A stretch of 64,000 nt of DNA, taken from positions 61,611-125,610 of the forward strand of contig BTVG01000006.1 of NCBI GenBank assembly GCA_045864815.1, given 5' to 3'. Positions 38,805 to 52,434 of the stretch are shown in pieces. The DNA comes from Rhodanobacteraceae bacterium (lineage in GTDB: Bacteria; Pseudomonadota; Gammaproteobacteria; Xanthomonadales; Rhodanobacteraceae). Each line of letters opens with the position of its first letter. Position 1 is the first letter of the stretch. The position numbers were made by a program, and so were the translations under genes. The notes under the pieces were generated by a model that saw only the letters and a list, made by a program, of their open reading frames with translations, did no database searches and was not told the DNA's origin.

Positions 38805-39113
38805 ATGAAGAACTTCATCAAGTCCCTCGCCCTCTCGCTCGCTTTCTGCTTCCCGGCGTTCGCCGCCCAGCCGGTCAACGTCAACACCGCCGACGCCGGC
38901 ACGATCGCCGCCAACCTCAAGGGCGTCGGCCAGAGCAAGGCCGAGGCGATCGTCGCCTACCGCGAGAAGAACGGGGCGTTCAAGAGCGTCGACGATCTGG
39001 CCAAGGTCAAGGGCATCGGCGAGAAGACGGTTGCCGCCAATCGCGAATACATCCTGGTCGAGGGTGGCAGCGTCAAGGCCAAGCCCGCGAGCGGCGACCG
39101 CTCCGGCGGCTGA
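38805..39113 (+). CDS. ComEA-family helix-hairpin-helix DNA-binding protein
   Basis: AGGAG RBS; signal peptide; VNVNTADA, LKGVGQSKAEAIV.YR, VKGIGEK. Confidence 0.9.
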   Translation: MKNFIKSLALSLAFCFPAFAAQPVNVNTADAGTIAANLKGVGQSKAEAIVAYREKNGAFKSVDDLAKVKGIGEKTVAANREYILVEGGSVKAKPASGDRSGG

Positions 39114-39236
39114 GCGCGCGCCGGCGCGCAACCGCGGCGGCAGGTGTCGCCGCGGGCCAGTCAGGCGGGGACGGGCGTACAGGCAGACGGTCGAGTCACG
39201 CAGGGATGCTCCACGGCAAGGTAGCCGTCGCGACCG

Positions 39237-39953
39237 TCAGTCTTCGCCGCCCGTTCCCGCCCTCTGCTCGCGCAGCAACTGGCGCAGGAACGGAACGGTC
39301 ACGCGTCGCTTGGCCGCAAGCGACGCGCGATCGACCTGATCGAGCAGCTCGCCGAGACTGCCGAGGTCGCGCGCATAGTGCGTAAACAGGAAATCCAATA
39401 CGGTTTCGTCGAGCGCGATGCCGCGTGCCTCGGCCCGCTCACGCAGAACTTCGCGTCGTTGCGCGTCATCGAGCGGACGCAGCGGAGCCTGCGTACAGCT
39501 CGACAGCCGCGACACGAGATCAGGCAACAGTATGCCAACCTGCGCCGGCGGAGCCGCCGCGACGAACACCAGGCAACTGCCTTCCGCGCGACAGCGGTTG
39601 TAGAGATCGAACAGCGCGTGTTCGGCTCCCCCTATGCCCGCGATTGCATCGACATCGTCGACTGCGAGCAGGTCGCTGCCGCCGAAGCCGCGGATCGCGT
39701 CGTCGTGAGCGCCGGCCAGCGCCGCCAGCGGCAGGTATTGCGCGCTGAATCCAGCCGCGCTCGCTGCCTGGCAGGCCGCCATCAGCAGATGCGTACGGCC
39801 GCTGCCCTCCGGCCCGTGCAGATAGACCCAGGCCGACGCCGCGCCGGCGGCGACCTGCTGCAGCAGTCCTACCGTAGCGGCGTTGCCCCCGGTGAAAAAC
39901 GTTTCGAACCGCTGCTGTGCGGGCCAGCGCCAGCCCAAAGGCAACTGCTGCAC
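39237..39953 (-). CDS. hda: DnaA regulatory inactivator Hda
   Basis: QLPL clamp-binding motif, GPEGSGRTHLL, FDLYNR, DLVSRL; start uncertain (GTG 39953 or ATG 39977). Confidence 0.9.
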   Translation of the reverse strand: MQQLPLGWRWPAQQRFETFFTGGNAATVGLLQQVAAGAASAWVYLHGPEGSGRTHLLMAACQAASAAGFSAQYLPLAALAGAHDDAIRGFGGSDLLAVDDVDAIAGIGGAEHALFDLYNRCRAEGSCLVFVAAAPPAQVGILLPDLVSRLSSCTQAPLRPLDDAQRREVLRERAEARGIALDETVLDFLFTHYARDLGSLGELLDQVDRASLAAKRRVTVPFLRQLLREQRAGTGGED

Positions 39954-39954
39954 G

Positions 39955-41154
39955 TCAACCTGCCGCCGGCTTGCCATCACCCGGAGCTGCACCGGCCGAC
40001 GGATCGGTCGCCGTCGACACGAGCTCGCTCGCAGCGACGATGCTGCCGTTGGAGACGACAACGACCTGCGAGGCCCCGGCCGAGGCCTCAGGCGCCACGT
40101 CCGCCTGCTGATACAGCTGGCTGGCCGTGTATTTTTCGTGCAGATAGCGCAACAGGACCATCGCCACGGCAGCTGCCGGCAAAGCGAGCAGCACGCCGAG
40201 GAATCCGAACAGCTCGCCGCCGGCGAGCACCGCGAAAATGACGGCGACCGGATGCAGGCCGATCTTGTCGCCGACGAGCTTGGGCACGAGCACATAGCCC
40301 TCTATCGTCTGGCCAACGCCAAACACCGCGAGCACCATGAACACGTGCGCCCAGTCCTGGTACTGGACGATGGCCGCAATCAGGGCCATGCCCAGACCTA
40401 CGATGGCCCCGAGATACGGAACGAAACTGATGAGGCCGGCGATCATGCCGATCAGCGGCCCCACGTCGATGCCGACTAGCCAGAGACCGACCGCATACAG
40501 GGTGCCGAGCGACAGCATCACGCTGAGCTGGCCGCGCAGGAACGCACCGAGCACCTCGTCGGACTCGCGCGCCAGCCGACTCAGCGTCGGTTCGATCTGG
40601 CGCGGCAGCAATTCATTGACCCGCGACACCAGCAGGTCCCAGTCACGCAGCAGATAGAACGTGACGACGGGAATCAGCACGAGCTGGGCTATCCAGCCGA
40701 GCACGGTCAGGCCGGACGCCGATACTTGTGCAAGTAGCCGCGTAGCGATGCCACCGGCCTCGCGCCAGTGGCCCTTGAGCATCTCGATCAGCTTGTTCGG
40801 ATCGGCGAAATCGAGCGTGACGCCGAAACGCTGCTCGAGCTGCGGCTGGGCCTCGGCCTGTATCCAGGCGAGCCAGCGCGGCAGCTGATCGAGAAACTTC
40901 GCGATCTGGCGCTCGGTGAAGGGAATCACGAGGAGCACGATCGCGACGAGCGCGAGCCCGATCAGCAGGAAAACGAGGCAGACGGCGAAATTGCGCGAAA
41001 GCCCCATGCGCTCGAGCCGGTCGACGACGGGGTCCCACAGGTAGGCGAACAACGCCGCGATCGCGAACGGCGTCAGCGCCGGCGCAAGCAGGTAGATCAA
41101 ACCGCCGCCGACCAGGATCAGCACCAGCCATTGCCAGCGTTCGGTCGTCGTCAT
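39955..41154 (-). CDS. AI-2E/PerM-family membrane transporter
   Basis: Multi-TM; FLRGQL, ISFVPYLG, PKLVGDKIGLHPV, FGFLGVLLALP. Confidence 0.9.
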   Translation of the reverse strand: MTTTERWQWLVLILVGGGLIYLLAPALTPFAIAALFAYLWDPVVDRLERMGLSRNFAVCLVFLLIGLALVAIVLLVIPFTERQIAKFLDQLPRWLAWIQAEAQPQLEQRFGVTLDFADPNKLIEMLKGHWREAGGIATRLLAQVSASGLTVLGWIAQLVLIPVVTFYLLRDWDLLVSRVNELLPRQIEPTLSRLARESDEVLGAFLRGQLSVMLSLGTLYAVGLWLVGIDVGPLIGMIAGLISFVPYLGAIVGLGMALIAAIVQYQDWAHVFMVLAVFGVGQTIEGYVLVPKLVGDKIGLHPVAVIFAVLAGGELFGFLGVLLALPAAAVAMVLLRYLHEKYTASQLYQQADVAPEASAGASQVVVVSNGSIVAASELVSTATDPSAGAAPGDGKPAAG

Positions 41155-41717
41155 TGCGTGTCACTCCGTTGAGGGTGCGTTTCGCGCCAGGCCTTGAGCG
41201 ACCAACGCACCACGTAATCGATGCCGCTGGCCAGCGTCGCGAGTGTCACCATCGAGAGCAGTGCGAGATTGAACCACTCCGGCCATTCCGCGAAACGCGA
41301 CAGATGCAGCAGCGTCGCGAGCACGAGCACGATCTGCAATCCCGTCGTCAACTTGCTGAGCGCACTCGGCGCTGCATCCAGCGGGCCGACCAGGTTGTGA
41401 TAGGCGACCGCGCCCGACACGATGACGACGTCGCGGCCGATCACGAGCCCGGCCAGCCACCACGGCAGGGCACCCGCCTGCGCAAGCCCCACGAAACAGG
41501 CGACGAGCAACAGCTTGTCGGCCACCGGATCGATGAGTCCGCCGAGCCGGCTTTGCCACGAGAATCGTTTCGCGAGAAACCCGTCGAGCGCATCCGAGAA
41601 TCCGGCAACGAGCGCCACGATCAACGCGGCATCGAACCGTCCGTCGCGCAACAGCCACGCGAGCGGCACGGTCAGCAGCATGCGCAGCAAGGTAAGCAGG
41701 TTGGGGATATGGCGCAT
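41151..41717 (-). CDS. CDP-alcohol phosphatidyltransferase
   Basis: IPNLLT..R, SDALDGFLAK...LGGLIDPVADK signature. Confidence 0.92.
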   Translation of the reverse strand: MRHIPNLLTLLRMLLTVPLAWLLRDGRFDAALIVALVAGFSDALDGFLAKRFSWQSRLGGLIDPVADKLLLVACFVGLAQAGALPWWLAGLVIGRDVVIVSGAVAYHNLVGPLDAAPSALSKLTTGLQIVLVLATLLHLSRFAEWPEWFNLALLSMVTLATLASGIDYVVRWSLKAWRETHPQRSDTQ

Positions 41718-41720
41718 GTG

Positions 41721-42803
41721 TCAGGGATTCAGCGCCAGCGTCGCCTCCACGCCGTCGATCGGCGGTGCGGTATTGACGACGCGCAGGACGCCGTCGGGCG
41801 GCAGATACGCCAGCCAGCGATCGAGCGCCAGATTCAGGGTCAACTTGAGCAGCAGCCCGTCGCCACGCGCCTGTTCAGGCTGGAACTCACGCACGAGGTC
41901 ATTGCCGCCGAGTGTCTCGAACAAGCGCGCATAGTCCTGCGCCGACTGCAGGCCGCTGACCCAGATTCTGGCCTCGGTGATGCGGCGCTCTTCGGCGGCG
42001 GTGGACGCGCGGCCGCGGGTGCGGTCCACCGCTCCCTCCGCGCCACCCGAGAGCGCCGCAGCGAGGTCGGCGTCGCGCGTTTCCCAGGCCGGCTGGGGTT
42101 GCCCGCCCAGTGCGAGCGTCCAGCGTACCGACCACACATCGCCGACGCGCCGAAGCTGCCCGATCAATACGGTGTCGGTCTGGTAGCGCGCCGCATCGGC
42201 GCTGAGGGTTGCGACATCCCCCTCCCAGACGATCTGTGCAGTGGTCTGCGCCTGTTCCGGCGTATCGAGGCGCGGCCAGACCAGCGTGATACCGCGCTGT
42301 TCGGCAACCTGCTGCATCGCCCGCCCGGCAGGATCCGAACTGTCGAGCAGCCGCAGGCCGTTGCCGTCGTCCACGACGAGCCAGGTCACGACCGGTGCAC
42401 GCGCAGCCGGCGTCCAGACCCGCAGGCCGCGATCGCGCAGCACGCGGTCCAGCGCGGCCCGGTCGAAACTCGCGACGAGACTCAGACGGAGCACCGGCTG
42501 GCCATCGACATTCGCGACTTCCTGCCGGTAGGTGTACTGCTGCACGTAGCGCTCGGCCGAATCGACGAGTTTGGCGACGGCCTCGCCGTTGATCGCGTCC
42601 CGATCGCCGGTCAGCTTGACCACGACCTGGGCCAGCGCGCTTTTCAGCGCGACGGCGCGCTGTTCGTCGGACTGGTCGGACACCGGCACTTCGCCGGCAT
42701 ACAGATTGGCCGAGGCTGACTGTGCCCGGACCGGGCCTCCGAACGACGACAGGCTCGCAAGAGCGAGCAGCAAAGTGATCAAGCGGGCGTAACGCACGGA
42801 CAT
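41721..42803 (-). CDS. DUF2066-family exported protein
   Basis: Signal peptide; LYAGEVPV...[11 protein letters not shown]; position between purM and hda is typical. Confidence 0.75.
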   Translation of the reverse strand: MSVRYARLITLLLALASLSSFGGPVRAQSASANLYAGEVPVSDQSDEQRAVALKSALAQVVVKLTGDRDAINGEAVAKLVDSAERYVQQYTYRQEVANVDGQPVLRLSLVASFDRAALDRVLRDRGLRVWTPAARAPVVTWLVVDDGNGLRLLDSSDPAGRAMQQVAEQRGITLVWPRLDTPEQAQTTAQIVWEGDVATLSADAARYQTDTVLIGQLRRVGDVWSVRWTLALGGQPQPAWETRDADLAAALSGGAEGAVDRTRGRASTAAEERRITEARIWVSGLQSAQDYARLFETLGGNDLVREFQPEQARGDGLLLKLTLNLALDRWLAYLPPDGVLRVVNTAPPIDGVEATLALNP

Positions 42804-42930
42804 TCCCTGGTCGGCGGTCGGATTCCGGCCAAGTCTGCCCAAAGCCAGACCCGGCGTCCATGCGGCGGCGGCGGCGTGCATCGGCGCCGACTGCTATGAT
42901 TGCGCCCCTTTTTTCCACCCGGCCCGCCTC

Positions 42931-43967
<1,037 letters not shown>

Positions 43968-43968
<1 letters not shown>

Positions 43969-44609
43969 TGCCGGTACCGTTGCGCGTCGCGGTACTCGTT
44001 TCGGGTCGCGGCTCCAACCTGCAGGCGCTGATCGCCGCGCAGCGGGCGGGCCGGCTGCCGATCGACATCGTCGTCGTCGCGAGCAACCGGGTCGCGGCCG
44101 AAGCGCTGCGCCACGCCGAAGCGGCCGGCATTCCCACGCTCGCGCTCGATCCGGCCGGCATGCAGGACCGGCCGCGCTACGACGCCGAGCTGATGCGCCG
44201 CGTGGGCGACTACCAGCCAGACCTCATCGTGCTCGCTGGATTCATGCGCGTGCTGGACGCGGCCGCGATAGCTCCCTGGGCGGGCCGGATCATCAACATC
44301 CATCCCTCGCTGCTGCCCAAGTATCCCGGCCTGCACACTCACCGCCGCGCGCTCGACGCCGGCGACACGCTGCACGGCGCCAGCGTGCACTTCGTCACCG
44401 CCGAACTCGATGGCGGTCCGGTGCTGGCCCGCTGCGAAATCGCGATCGAAGCCGGCGACGATCCGGAGTCACTGTCAGCCCGGCTGCTGCCGCGCGAGCA
44501 TGAACTGCTGTGCCGCTGCGTCCAGTGGATAGCCGAGGGGCGCGCGCGGCTGCGCGACAATGTCGTGCACTTCGACGACGCCCCCTTGTCCGAAACCCTG
44601 CGCGTCTGA
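43968..44609 (+). CDS. purN: Phosphoribosylglycinamide formyltransferase
   Basis: SGRGSNLQA, LAGFMR, NIHPSLLPKYPGL, ELDGGP. Confidence 0.95.
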
Positions 44610-44672
44610 GCGGGGACAGGTTCAGCCGCGCGCGACGACACTGCGCCGTCCGCTTTTTCCGGAGTTCCTTCC

Positions 44673-45398
44673 ATGCGTTTCGCCGCACTGCTCGTGTTCT
44701 GTGCGTCCTCCGTGTCCGTGTTGGCCGCACCGCCGGACGCCTCCGGCACGGGGACGCCACTGCATCACCCGCTGAAGCCGTTCGTCGCCACCTACGACGT
44801 CAAGCGCGGCGGAAAGACCATCGGGGAGGCGACCATGACGCTGAGCCGTGACGCGGCGAACGGATGGACGCTGGTGACAGAGACGCGCGGGACGGCCGGC
44901 ATGGCGAGACTGCTCGGGCTGGATGTTCGCGAGGAATCGCACTTCACCGATCTGGGCGGCACGACCCTGCAGAGCATCGACTATCGCTATCGGCAGGACG
45001 CAGCGCTGAAATCGAAGCAGCGCCGCATCGAGTTCGACTGGACGGCCAACGAAGCGCGCGTCACCGACAGGGACAAACTGTTCCGCTATGTGCTGCAGCC
45101 CGGCACGGTCGATCGCCATCTGGTCGTACTCGCGCTGGCGCGCCAGCAAGGGGCCGAGCCCCCGCTACAGCTTGCCGTAGCCAGCAAGGACGCCGTCGAA
45201 CGGCAGATCTTCGCGCGTCGCGAGAACCGGATGCTTCGCACGTCTGCCGGGGAATTCTCCGCTACCCGCTACGAACGCACCGACAAGCCGGGCAAGGGGC
45301 ATTCCTGGTATACGACCCAACTGCTCGCGCCGCTGCAGGTCGAGCAGGTGCAGAAGGACGGCAACAACATCGTCATGGAACTCAAGGCGATCCGCTGA
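44673..45398 (+). CDS. DUF3108-family exported protein
   Basis: Signal peptide; beta-rich; position after purN typical of Xanthomonadales. Confidence 0.7.
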   Translation: MRFAALLVFCASSVSVLAAPPDASGTGTPLHHPLKPFVATYDVKRGGKTIGEATMTLSRDAANGWTLVTETRGTAGMARLLGLDVREESHFTDLGGTTLQSIDYRYRQDAALKSKQRRIEFDWTANEARVTDRDKLFRYVLQPGTVDRHLVVLALARQQGAEPPLQLAVASKDAVERQIFARRENRMLRTSAGEFSATRYERTDKPGKGHSWYTTQLLAPLQVEQVQKDGNNIVMELKAIR

Positions 45399-45465
45399 AC
45401 GACGGGTGCCGCAGAGCCGTCAGGCGCCGCTGCACCGACAGGCACCGCGGCGAAATCGTTCCGGC

Positions 45466-46728
<1,263 letters not shown>

Positions 46729-46830
46729 TTACTCGGTAACGGGAAATCGACATCGCGGGGCGCAGACTGCAATGCGCCGGTTTGGGGGAAGCAGAGCCCG
46801 CCGTCGTCGAATCCGGCAGAGGAACCGCAA

Positions 46831-47067
46831 TTACTGCTTTCCCGCTTCTTCAGGTGTCACGGTCTTGAGAGCCAGCGCATGGATGGCGCCACCCATCAGA
46901 TCGCCAAGCGTCGCATAGACCAGCCGGTGCCGCGCCAGAGGCAGCTTTCCGCGGAAGGCCTCGGCCGTGACCACGGCTTCGAAATGCACGCCGTCGGCAC
47001 CGCTGACCTCGGCCGTGGCGCCGGGCAGTCCCTGCTCGATCAGATTCTTGATGGTGCGGCTGTCCAT
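46831..47067 (-). CDS. BolA/IbaG-family protein
   Basis: DGVHFEA, RHRLVY, IHALALKT; upstream of murA. Confidence 0.9.
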   Translation of the reverse strand: MDSRTIKNLIEQGLPGATAEVSGADGVHFEAVVTAEAFRGKLPLARHRLVYATLGDLMGGAIHALALKTVTPEEAGKQ

Positions 47068-47255
47068 ATGGGGCGCTATCCGTGGCGGATTCAGGGCAGC
47101 GACGGATCGCCGCGACGAAATGCGGGTTTGCTCCGTCCCTGCGACGGGGACGACTAACCGGCTACACTATGGGGACGCGCATGTTACCGAAAATCCGCTG
47201 GCGCCAAAACGTTGCCTTCGAGCGCCCCGTTTCCCTGCTGCACCCTGCCCTGCTC

Positions 47256-48281
47256 ATGAATGCCCAGATCCTGCCGCTGATCTCCGCCTCCACGAACCAT
47301 CCGCCGCTGAATCAGGCGTCCCTGGCGCAGAGTGCGCTCCAGGTGGTCGAAACCGAAGCCCGGGCCATCGACCTGCTCAAGTCCCGCATCGACGACAGTT
47401 TCCTGCGCGCCTGCCAGCTCATGTTCGACTGCGCCGGCCGCGTGGTGGTCTCCGGCATGGGCAAGTCCGGCCACATCGCGCGCAAGATCGCGGCCACGCT
47501 GGCCTCGACCGGGACCCCGGCATTCTTCGTCCATCCGGGTGAAGCAAGCCATGGCGACCTCGGCATGATCACGCAGAAGGACGTCGTGCTCGCGCTGTCG
47601 AACTCCGGCGAGACCGACGAATTGCTGACTATCCTGCCGCTGATCCGGCGCCAGGGAATTCCGCTGATCGCGATGAGCGGCAACGACGGTTCGTCACTGG
47701 CGCGGCTGGCCGACGTCCACCTCGACGTCAGCGTTCCCGCCGAAGCCTGTCCGCTGGGACTCGCGCCGACGGCGAGCACGACCGCCGCGCTCGTCATGGG
47801 CGACGCGCTGGCCGTGGCGCTGCTCGAGGCGCGCGGTTTCACTGCCGACGATTTCGCGCGCTCGCACCCGGCCGGATCGCTCGGTCGCCGTCTGCTGCTG
47901 CATATCAGCGACGTCATGCATACCGGTGACCAGGTGCCCAAGGTTGGCGTCGATTCCAGCCTGTCCGAGGCATTGGTCGAGATGTCGCGCAAGGGACTCG
48001 GCATGACCGCCGTGGTCAATGCCGACGACACACTGCTCGGCGTCTTCACCGATGGCGACCTGCGCCGCGCACTCGACGACGACGCCATCGACCTGCGCAC
48101 GACGCCGCTGGCACGGCTGATGACGACCAAGGCAAAGACCATCACCCCCGACAAGCTCGCGATCGAGGCCGCGCGGCTCATGGAAGACTTCACGATCCAT
48201 GCGCTGCTCGTCGTCGACGAGCGCAACAAGCTGGTCGGCGCCCTGAACATTCACGATCTGCTCCGGGCCCGCGTCGTCTGA
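47256..48281 (+). CDS. kdsD: Arabinose-5-phosphate isomerase (SIS + 2 CBS)
   Basis: GMGKSGHIA, HPGEASHGDLG, EACPLGLAPT, FARSHPAG, TDGDLRR. Confidence 0.93.
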   Translation: MNAQILPLISASTNHPPLNQASLAQSALQVVETEARAIDLLKSRIDDSFLRACQLMFDCAGRVVVSGMGKSGHIARKIAATLASTGTPAFFVHPGEASHGDLGMITQKDVVLALSNSGETDELLTILPLIRRQGIPLIAMSGNDGSSLARLADVHLDVSVPAEACPLGLAPTASTTAALVMGDALAVALLEARGFTADDFARSHPAGSLGRRLLLHISDVMHTGDQVPKVGVDSSLSEALVEMSRKGLGMTAVVNADDTLLGVFTDGDLRRALDDDAIDLRTTPLARLMTTKAKTITPDKLAIEAARLMEDFTIHALLVVDERNKLVGALNIHDLLRARVV

Positions 48282-48402
48282 ACACGAACCGATGACGGCG
48301 ACGGACGGCATGGACGGCCGCCCTTCGATATCGCAGCATCCCGCACCGACGGCGCTTTGGCGCCGTCGGTCTTTCTCCCCCAGGCTTTTTCTTCGACGCC
48401 GC

Positions 48403-48939
48403 ATGTCCGATTCCCTGCCCCCGGATCTCCGTGAACGCGCCGCCAGCGTGCGCCTTGCCATATTCGACGTCGACGGCGTCCTGACCGACGGCCGGCTCTG
48501 GTATTCGGAGGACCGGCGCGAGCTCAAGGCCTTCCATGTGCACGACGGCCTCGGCCTCAAGCGCCTGCTCGCCAACGGCATCGAGGTTGGCGTGATCACG
48601 GCACGCATGAGCCATCTCGTCACCGAACGCATGGCCGAACTCGGCGTCGCACATGTGTATCAGAACCAGAAGGACAAGCTGGCTTGCCTGACCCAGCTCT
48701 GCGAAGCGCTGCAACTGTCACCGCAGCAGGTCTGCTACACCGGCGACGACCTTCCCGACCTGCGCGCCATGTCGCATTGCGGTCTCGCGATCGCGCCCGC
48801 CAATGCCGTTCCCGCCGTTGCCGGGCGCGCCGACTGGCGCACCCGTCGCTGCGGCGGCGAGGGTGCCGTGCGCGAGGTTTGCGATCTGTTGCTCGGCGCG
48901 CGCGGCCTCGCCGACGCCGAGCTCGCGCAATGGCTTTGA
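48403..48939 (+). CDS. kdsC: KDO 8-phosphate phosphatase
   Basis: FDVDGVLTDG, DGLG, GDDLPD, GGEGAVRE. Confidence 0.93.
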   Translation: MSDSLPPDLRERAASVRLAIFDVDGVLTDGRLWYSEDRRELKAFHVHDGLGLKRLLANGIEVGVITARMSHLVTERMAELGVAHVYQNQKDKLACLTQLCEALQLSPQQVCYTGDDLPDLRAMSHCGLAIAPANAVPAVAGRADWRTRRCGGEGAVREVCDLLLGARGLADAELAQWL

Positions 48940-49511
48940 TACTCGAACACCGCAGCAGGCTCATCGCCGGGCTCGCGCTTGCTGCCGCGGTGACCTGGGC
49001 GGCGTTCTGGCTGTTCCGCACCCCGGAAAGCGAGCCCGCGTTCGTCGGCCCGCCTCGCTCGAACTACACGCTCGCCGATTTCGAGCTGAATGCGCTCGAC
49101 GAAGGCGGCAAGCTCAGTTTCACCGTGACCGCGCCGGCGCTCGCGCGCCGCAATGACGATGGATCACTCTGGGTCGACGCGCCGAACTTCCTGATCGCCG
49201 CGAAGACTGGCGCTCCGTGGAAAGGCAGATCGCAGTCGGCCTTCGTCAACAAGGACGGCACGCATCTGCTGCTCGCCGGTCCGGTCGACATGCGGCGCGA
49301 TGCTACCGAAGATGCCGGGGCAGCGCGCGTGGAGACCCGCGACGTGGATGCGTACCCGAAGGAAAACCGCTTACAGACGGCTGCCGCCGCCACGATCACG
49401 CAACCGGGCTCTATACTGCGGGGCACCGGCATGAAGGCCGACCTCAACACGCACCAACTGGAGTTGCTCGCCGATGTCCACGCCTCGTTCGCGCGCCAGC
49501 GCAAGCCTTAG
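48930..49511 (+). CDS. lptC: LPS export protein LptC
   Basis: N-terminal TM, beta-jellyroll pattern, synteny kdsC-lptC-lptA-lptB. Confidence 0.85.
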   Translation: MALILEHRSRLIAGLALAAAVTWAAFWLFRTPESEPAFVGPPRSNYTLADFELNALDEGGKLSFTVTAPALARRNDDGSLWVDAPNFLIAAKTGAPWKGRSQSAFVNKDGTHLLLAGPVDMRRDATEDAGAARVETRDVDAYPKENRLQTAAAATITQPGSILRGTGMKADLNTHQLELLADVHASFARQRKP

Positions 49512-50019
49512 TCTCGTCGCGTTGATCGCGCTGGCGGCGCCGGCCGCACATGCGCTGAAGTCCGATCGCGAACAGCCGCTCGAAGTCGCAGCAAATCATT
49601 TCGCGACCAACCAGAACAAGCACCTGACCGTGCTGACCGGTGGCGTAAAACTCACGCGCGGCACGATGAAGGGCGAATCCGACAAGGGCACGGTCTATCA
49701 GGACGACGACAACGAGATCAGTCGCGTCGTGCTCGAGGGCAAGCCGGCCCGGCTGCAGCAGCAGCTCGACAGCGGCGGGATCATGCGCGCGACTGCGGCG
49801 AACATCGACTACGACACCACCAAGGCCACGGCGATCCTGACCGGCAACGCCGTCGTGATTCAGGAAGGCCGCGGCGAATTCCGCGGGGAACGCATCGTCT
49901 ACAACACCGAGACCGGCGAACTGACCGGCGAGGGCGCACCCGGCGGCGGCATCACGATGAAAATGCAGCCGAAGACCAAGTCCGGAAGTCCGGCCACGGA
50001 CAAGGACAAGCCGGAATAA
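49474..50019 (+). CDS. lptA: LPS transport periplasmic protein LptA
   Basis: Signal peptide; [23 protein letters not shown]; synteny. Confidence 0.9.
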   Translation: MSTPRSRASASLSLVALIALAAPAAHALKSDREQPLEVAANHFATNQNKHLTVLTGGVKLTRGTMKGESDKGTVYQDDDNEISRVVLEGKPARLQQQLDSGGIMRATAANIDYDTTKATAILTGNAVVIQEGRGEFRGERIVYNTETGELTGEGAPGGGITMKMQPKTKSGSPATDKDKPE

Positions 50020-50738
50020 TGCTCAGCGCGACGGGGCTGAAGAAGCGCTACAAGCAGCGCGAGGTCGTACGCGATTTCTCGTGCCGCGTCGACCAGGGCG
50101 AAGTCGTCGGCCTGCTGGGTCCGAACGGCGCCGGCAAGACGACCTGCTTCTACATGATCGTCGGCCTGGTCGGCACCGACGCCGGCAGCATCCGCCTCGA
50201 CGACGTCGACATCACGTCAGAGCCGATGCATGCCCGGGCGAGGCTCGGCGTCGGTTACCTGCCACAAGAGGCCTCGGTATTTCGCCGCCTCAGCGTCGCC
50301 GACAACATTCTCGCGATCCTCGAGCTGCGCCCCAGGCTCGACGCCGCGGCACGCGCGGCCGAGCTCGAAAAGCTGCTCGACGAACTGCAGATCAGCCACA
50401 TCGCACAGCAGAAGGGCGCGAGCCTGTCGGGCGGAGAGCGACGTCGCGTCGAGATCGCCCGCGCGCTCGCCGCGGAACCGCGCTTCATGCTGCTCGACGA
50501 GCCCTTCGCCGGCGTGGATCCGATCTCGGTCGGCGAGATCCAGCGCATCGTGCGGCATCTCAAGGAACGAGGCATCGGCGTGCTGATCACCGACCACAAC
50601 GTACGCGAGACCCTCGGCATCTGCGACCGGGCCTATATCCTCAGCGAAGGCCGCGTGCTCGCCAAGGGCGCGCCCGCCACGATACTCGCGAACGAACAGG
50701 TGCGTGAAGTCTATCTGGGCAAGGAATTCCGCATGTAG
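50019..50738 (+). CDS. lptB: LPS export ABC ATPase LptB
   Basis: [45 protein letters not shown]. Confidence 0.96.
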   Translation: MLSATGLKKRYKQREVVRDFSCRVDQGEVVGLLGPNGAGKTTCFYMIVGLVGTDAGSIRLDDVDITSEPMHARARLGVGYLPQEASVFRRLSVADNILAILELRPRLDAAARAAELEKLLDELQISHIAQQKGASLSGGERRRVEIARALAAEPRFMLLDEPFAGVDPISVGEIQRIVRHLKERGIGVLITDHNVRETLGICDRAYILSEGRVLAKGAPATILANEQVREVYLGKEFRM

Positions 50739-50980
50739 TCCGGCGCTGGTCCACAGCGCCACAGGTACACATTGCGACAAGTCCCTCGCCATTCCGGCGA
50801 CATCGCGGAAACACCGGCGCCAAACTCACCGGATCGTCTCCCAATCCGGCGCAGCGTGCAAGTCGCAGGACCTGATGTCCGTCGCGGTTCCCGCCAGCCG
50901 TTTTCCGCATTAGGATGGCGTCACGGGCCTTTCGCACCGTCGGCGGTATTCCTGCGAAATGCTCAGCAATGGGACCACTG

Positions 50981-52432
50981 ATGAAGCCTGCGTTAAATCT
51001 CCGCCTGCACCAGCAACTGGCGTTGACGCCGCAACTGCAACAGGCCATTCGTCTGCTGCAGCTCAGTAGCGTCGAACTGGAAATGGAGCTGCGCGAAGCC
51101 CTCGAATCGAATCCGTTGCTCGAACTGCCGGAAGAATCCGGTGAAGCTGCGCCCGCCGAGGCCGCGAACGGCGCGGAAGCACCGCCGCCCGAGTTCGAGA
51201 CCCGCGCTACGGGCAGCGAGACCGCGAGCACGGAAAGCGAGCCGCGCGAGACCGAGGAAGACCGCTTCGAGCCGCTCGACACGAATTTCGACACGCCATC
51301 ACGCAACGCAGCACCCGACGATGAATTCGAGCCACAGGAACCCGAGCAGCAGGACCTGCGCGACCACCTGCTCTGGCAGCTCAATCTGACCCCCATGTCG
51401 CCCCGCGACCGCGCGATCGCCGTCGCTGTCATCGAAGCCGTCGACGATGACGGCTACCTGCACGAGCCCGTGGAAGCGATACAGCAGGGACTCGCCAGCC
51501 TGTATGAAGTCGGTGCCGACGAAATCGAAGCCGTGCGTCACCGCATCCAGCGTTTCGATCCGCTCGGCGTCGCCAGCCGCAACCTGCGCGAATGCCTGCT
51601 GGTACAGCTCGACGCGTTCGACGCGGACGTCGAAGGCGTCGCCGTCGCCCGCGCCATCGTCGCCGACCATCTCGAAGTCCTGGCCAAGAACGACCGCGCG
51701 CGACTGAGCCGGAGCCTGAAGGCTGGCAGCGACCAGATCGACCTCGCCGTGCAGCTGATCCGGACACTCGATCCCAAGCCCGGGTCGAGCGTGTCCAGCG
51801 CGGCGCCGGAATACGTCGCCCCGGACGCGTACGCGTTCCGCCATCAGGGCCAATGGCAGGTCAGCCTTGCGCCGGGCTGCCAGCCGCAGCTTGCGATCAA
51901 CCGTCATTACGAATCGCTGATCGCGCGCGCGCAGCGCGACGACGCGTCCTACCTGCGCGGCCAGTTGCAGGAAGCGCGCTGGCTGATCAAGAGCCTCAAG
52001 ACGCGCGCCGACACCATACTCAAGGTCGCCCAGGCGATCGTGCGCGCGCAGAGCGCGTTCCTCGACTTCGGCCCCGAAGCGATGAAGCCGCTGGTGCTCA
52101 AGGACGTGGCCGAGGAGATCGGCATGCACGAATCGACCGTGTCGCGCGTCACCACGCGCAAGTTCCTCTACACGCCACGCGGCACCTTCGAGTTCAAGCA
52201 CTTCTTCTCCAGCGGCGTTTCCACGGTGGACGGCGGCAGCGCCTCGGCCACCGCGATCCAGGCCATGATCCGCAAGCTCATCGACGCCGAACCCACCGGC
52301 AAGCCGCTGTCCGACCAGGGACTCGCCGAAGAACTGAACCGGCGCGGCATCAACGTGGCGCGCCGTACCGTCGCGAAATACCGCGAAGCGATGAACATCG
52401 CCGCATCGAACGAGCGCTGCCGTCTCAGCTAG
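50981..52432 (+). CDS. rpoN: RNA polymerase sigma-54 factor
   Basis: LTPQLQQAIRLLQL, HESTVSR, ARRTVAKYRE RpoN box. Confidence 0.97.
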   Translation: MKPALNLRLHQQLALTPQLQQAIRLLQLSSVELEMELREALESNPLLELPEESGEAAPAEAANGAEAPPPEFETRATGSETASTESEPRETEEDRFEPLDTNFDTPSRNAAPDDEFEPQEPEQQDLRDHLLWQLNLTPMSPRDRAIAVAVIEAVDDDGYLHEPVEAIQQGLASLYEVGADEIEAVRHRIQRFDPLGVASRNLRECLLVQLDAFDADVEGVAVARAIVADHLEVLAKNDRARLSRSLKAGSDQIDLAVQLIRTLDPKPGSSVSSAAPEYVAPDAYAFRHQGQWQVSLAPGCQPQLAINRHYESLIARAQRDDASYLRGQLQEARWLIKSLKTRADTILKVAQAIVRAQSAFLDFGPEAMKPLVLKDVAEEIGMHESTVSRVTTRKFLYTPRGTFEFKHFFSSGVSTVDGGSASATAIQAMIRKLIDAEPTGKPLSDQGLAEELNRRGINVARRTVAKYREAMNIAASNERCRLS

Positions 52433-52434
52433 GG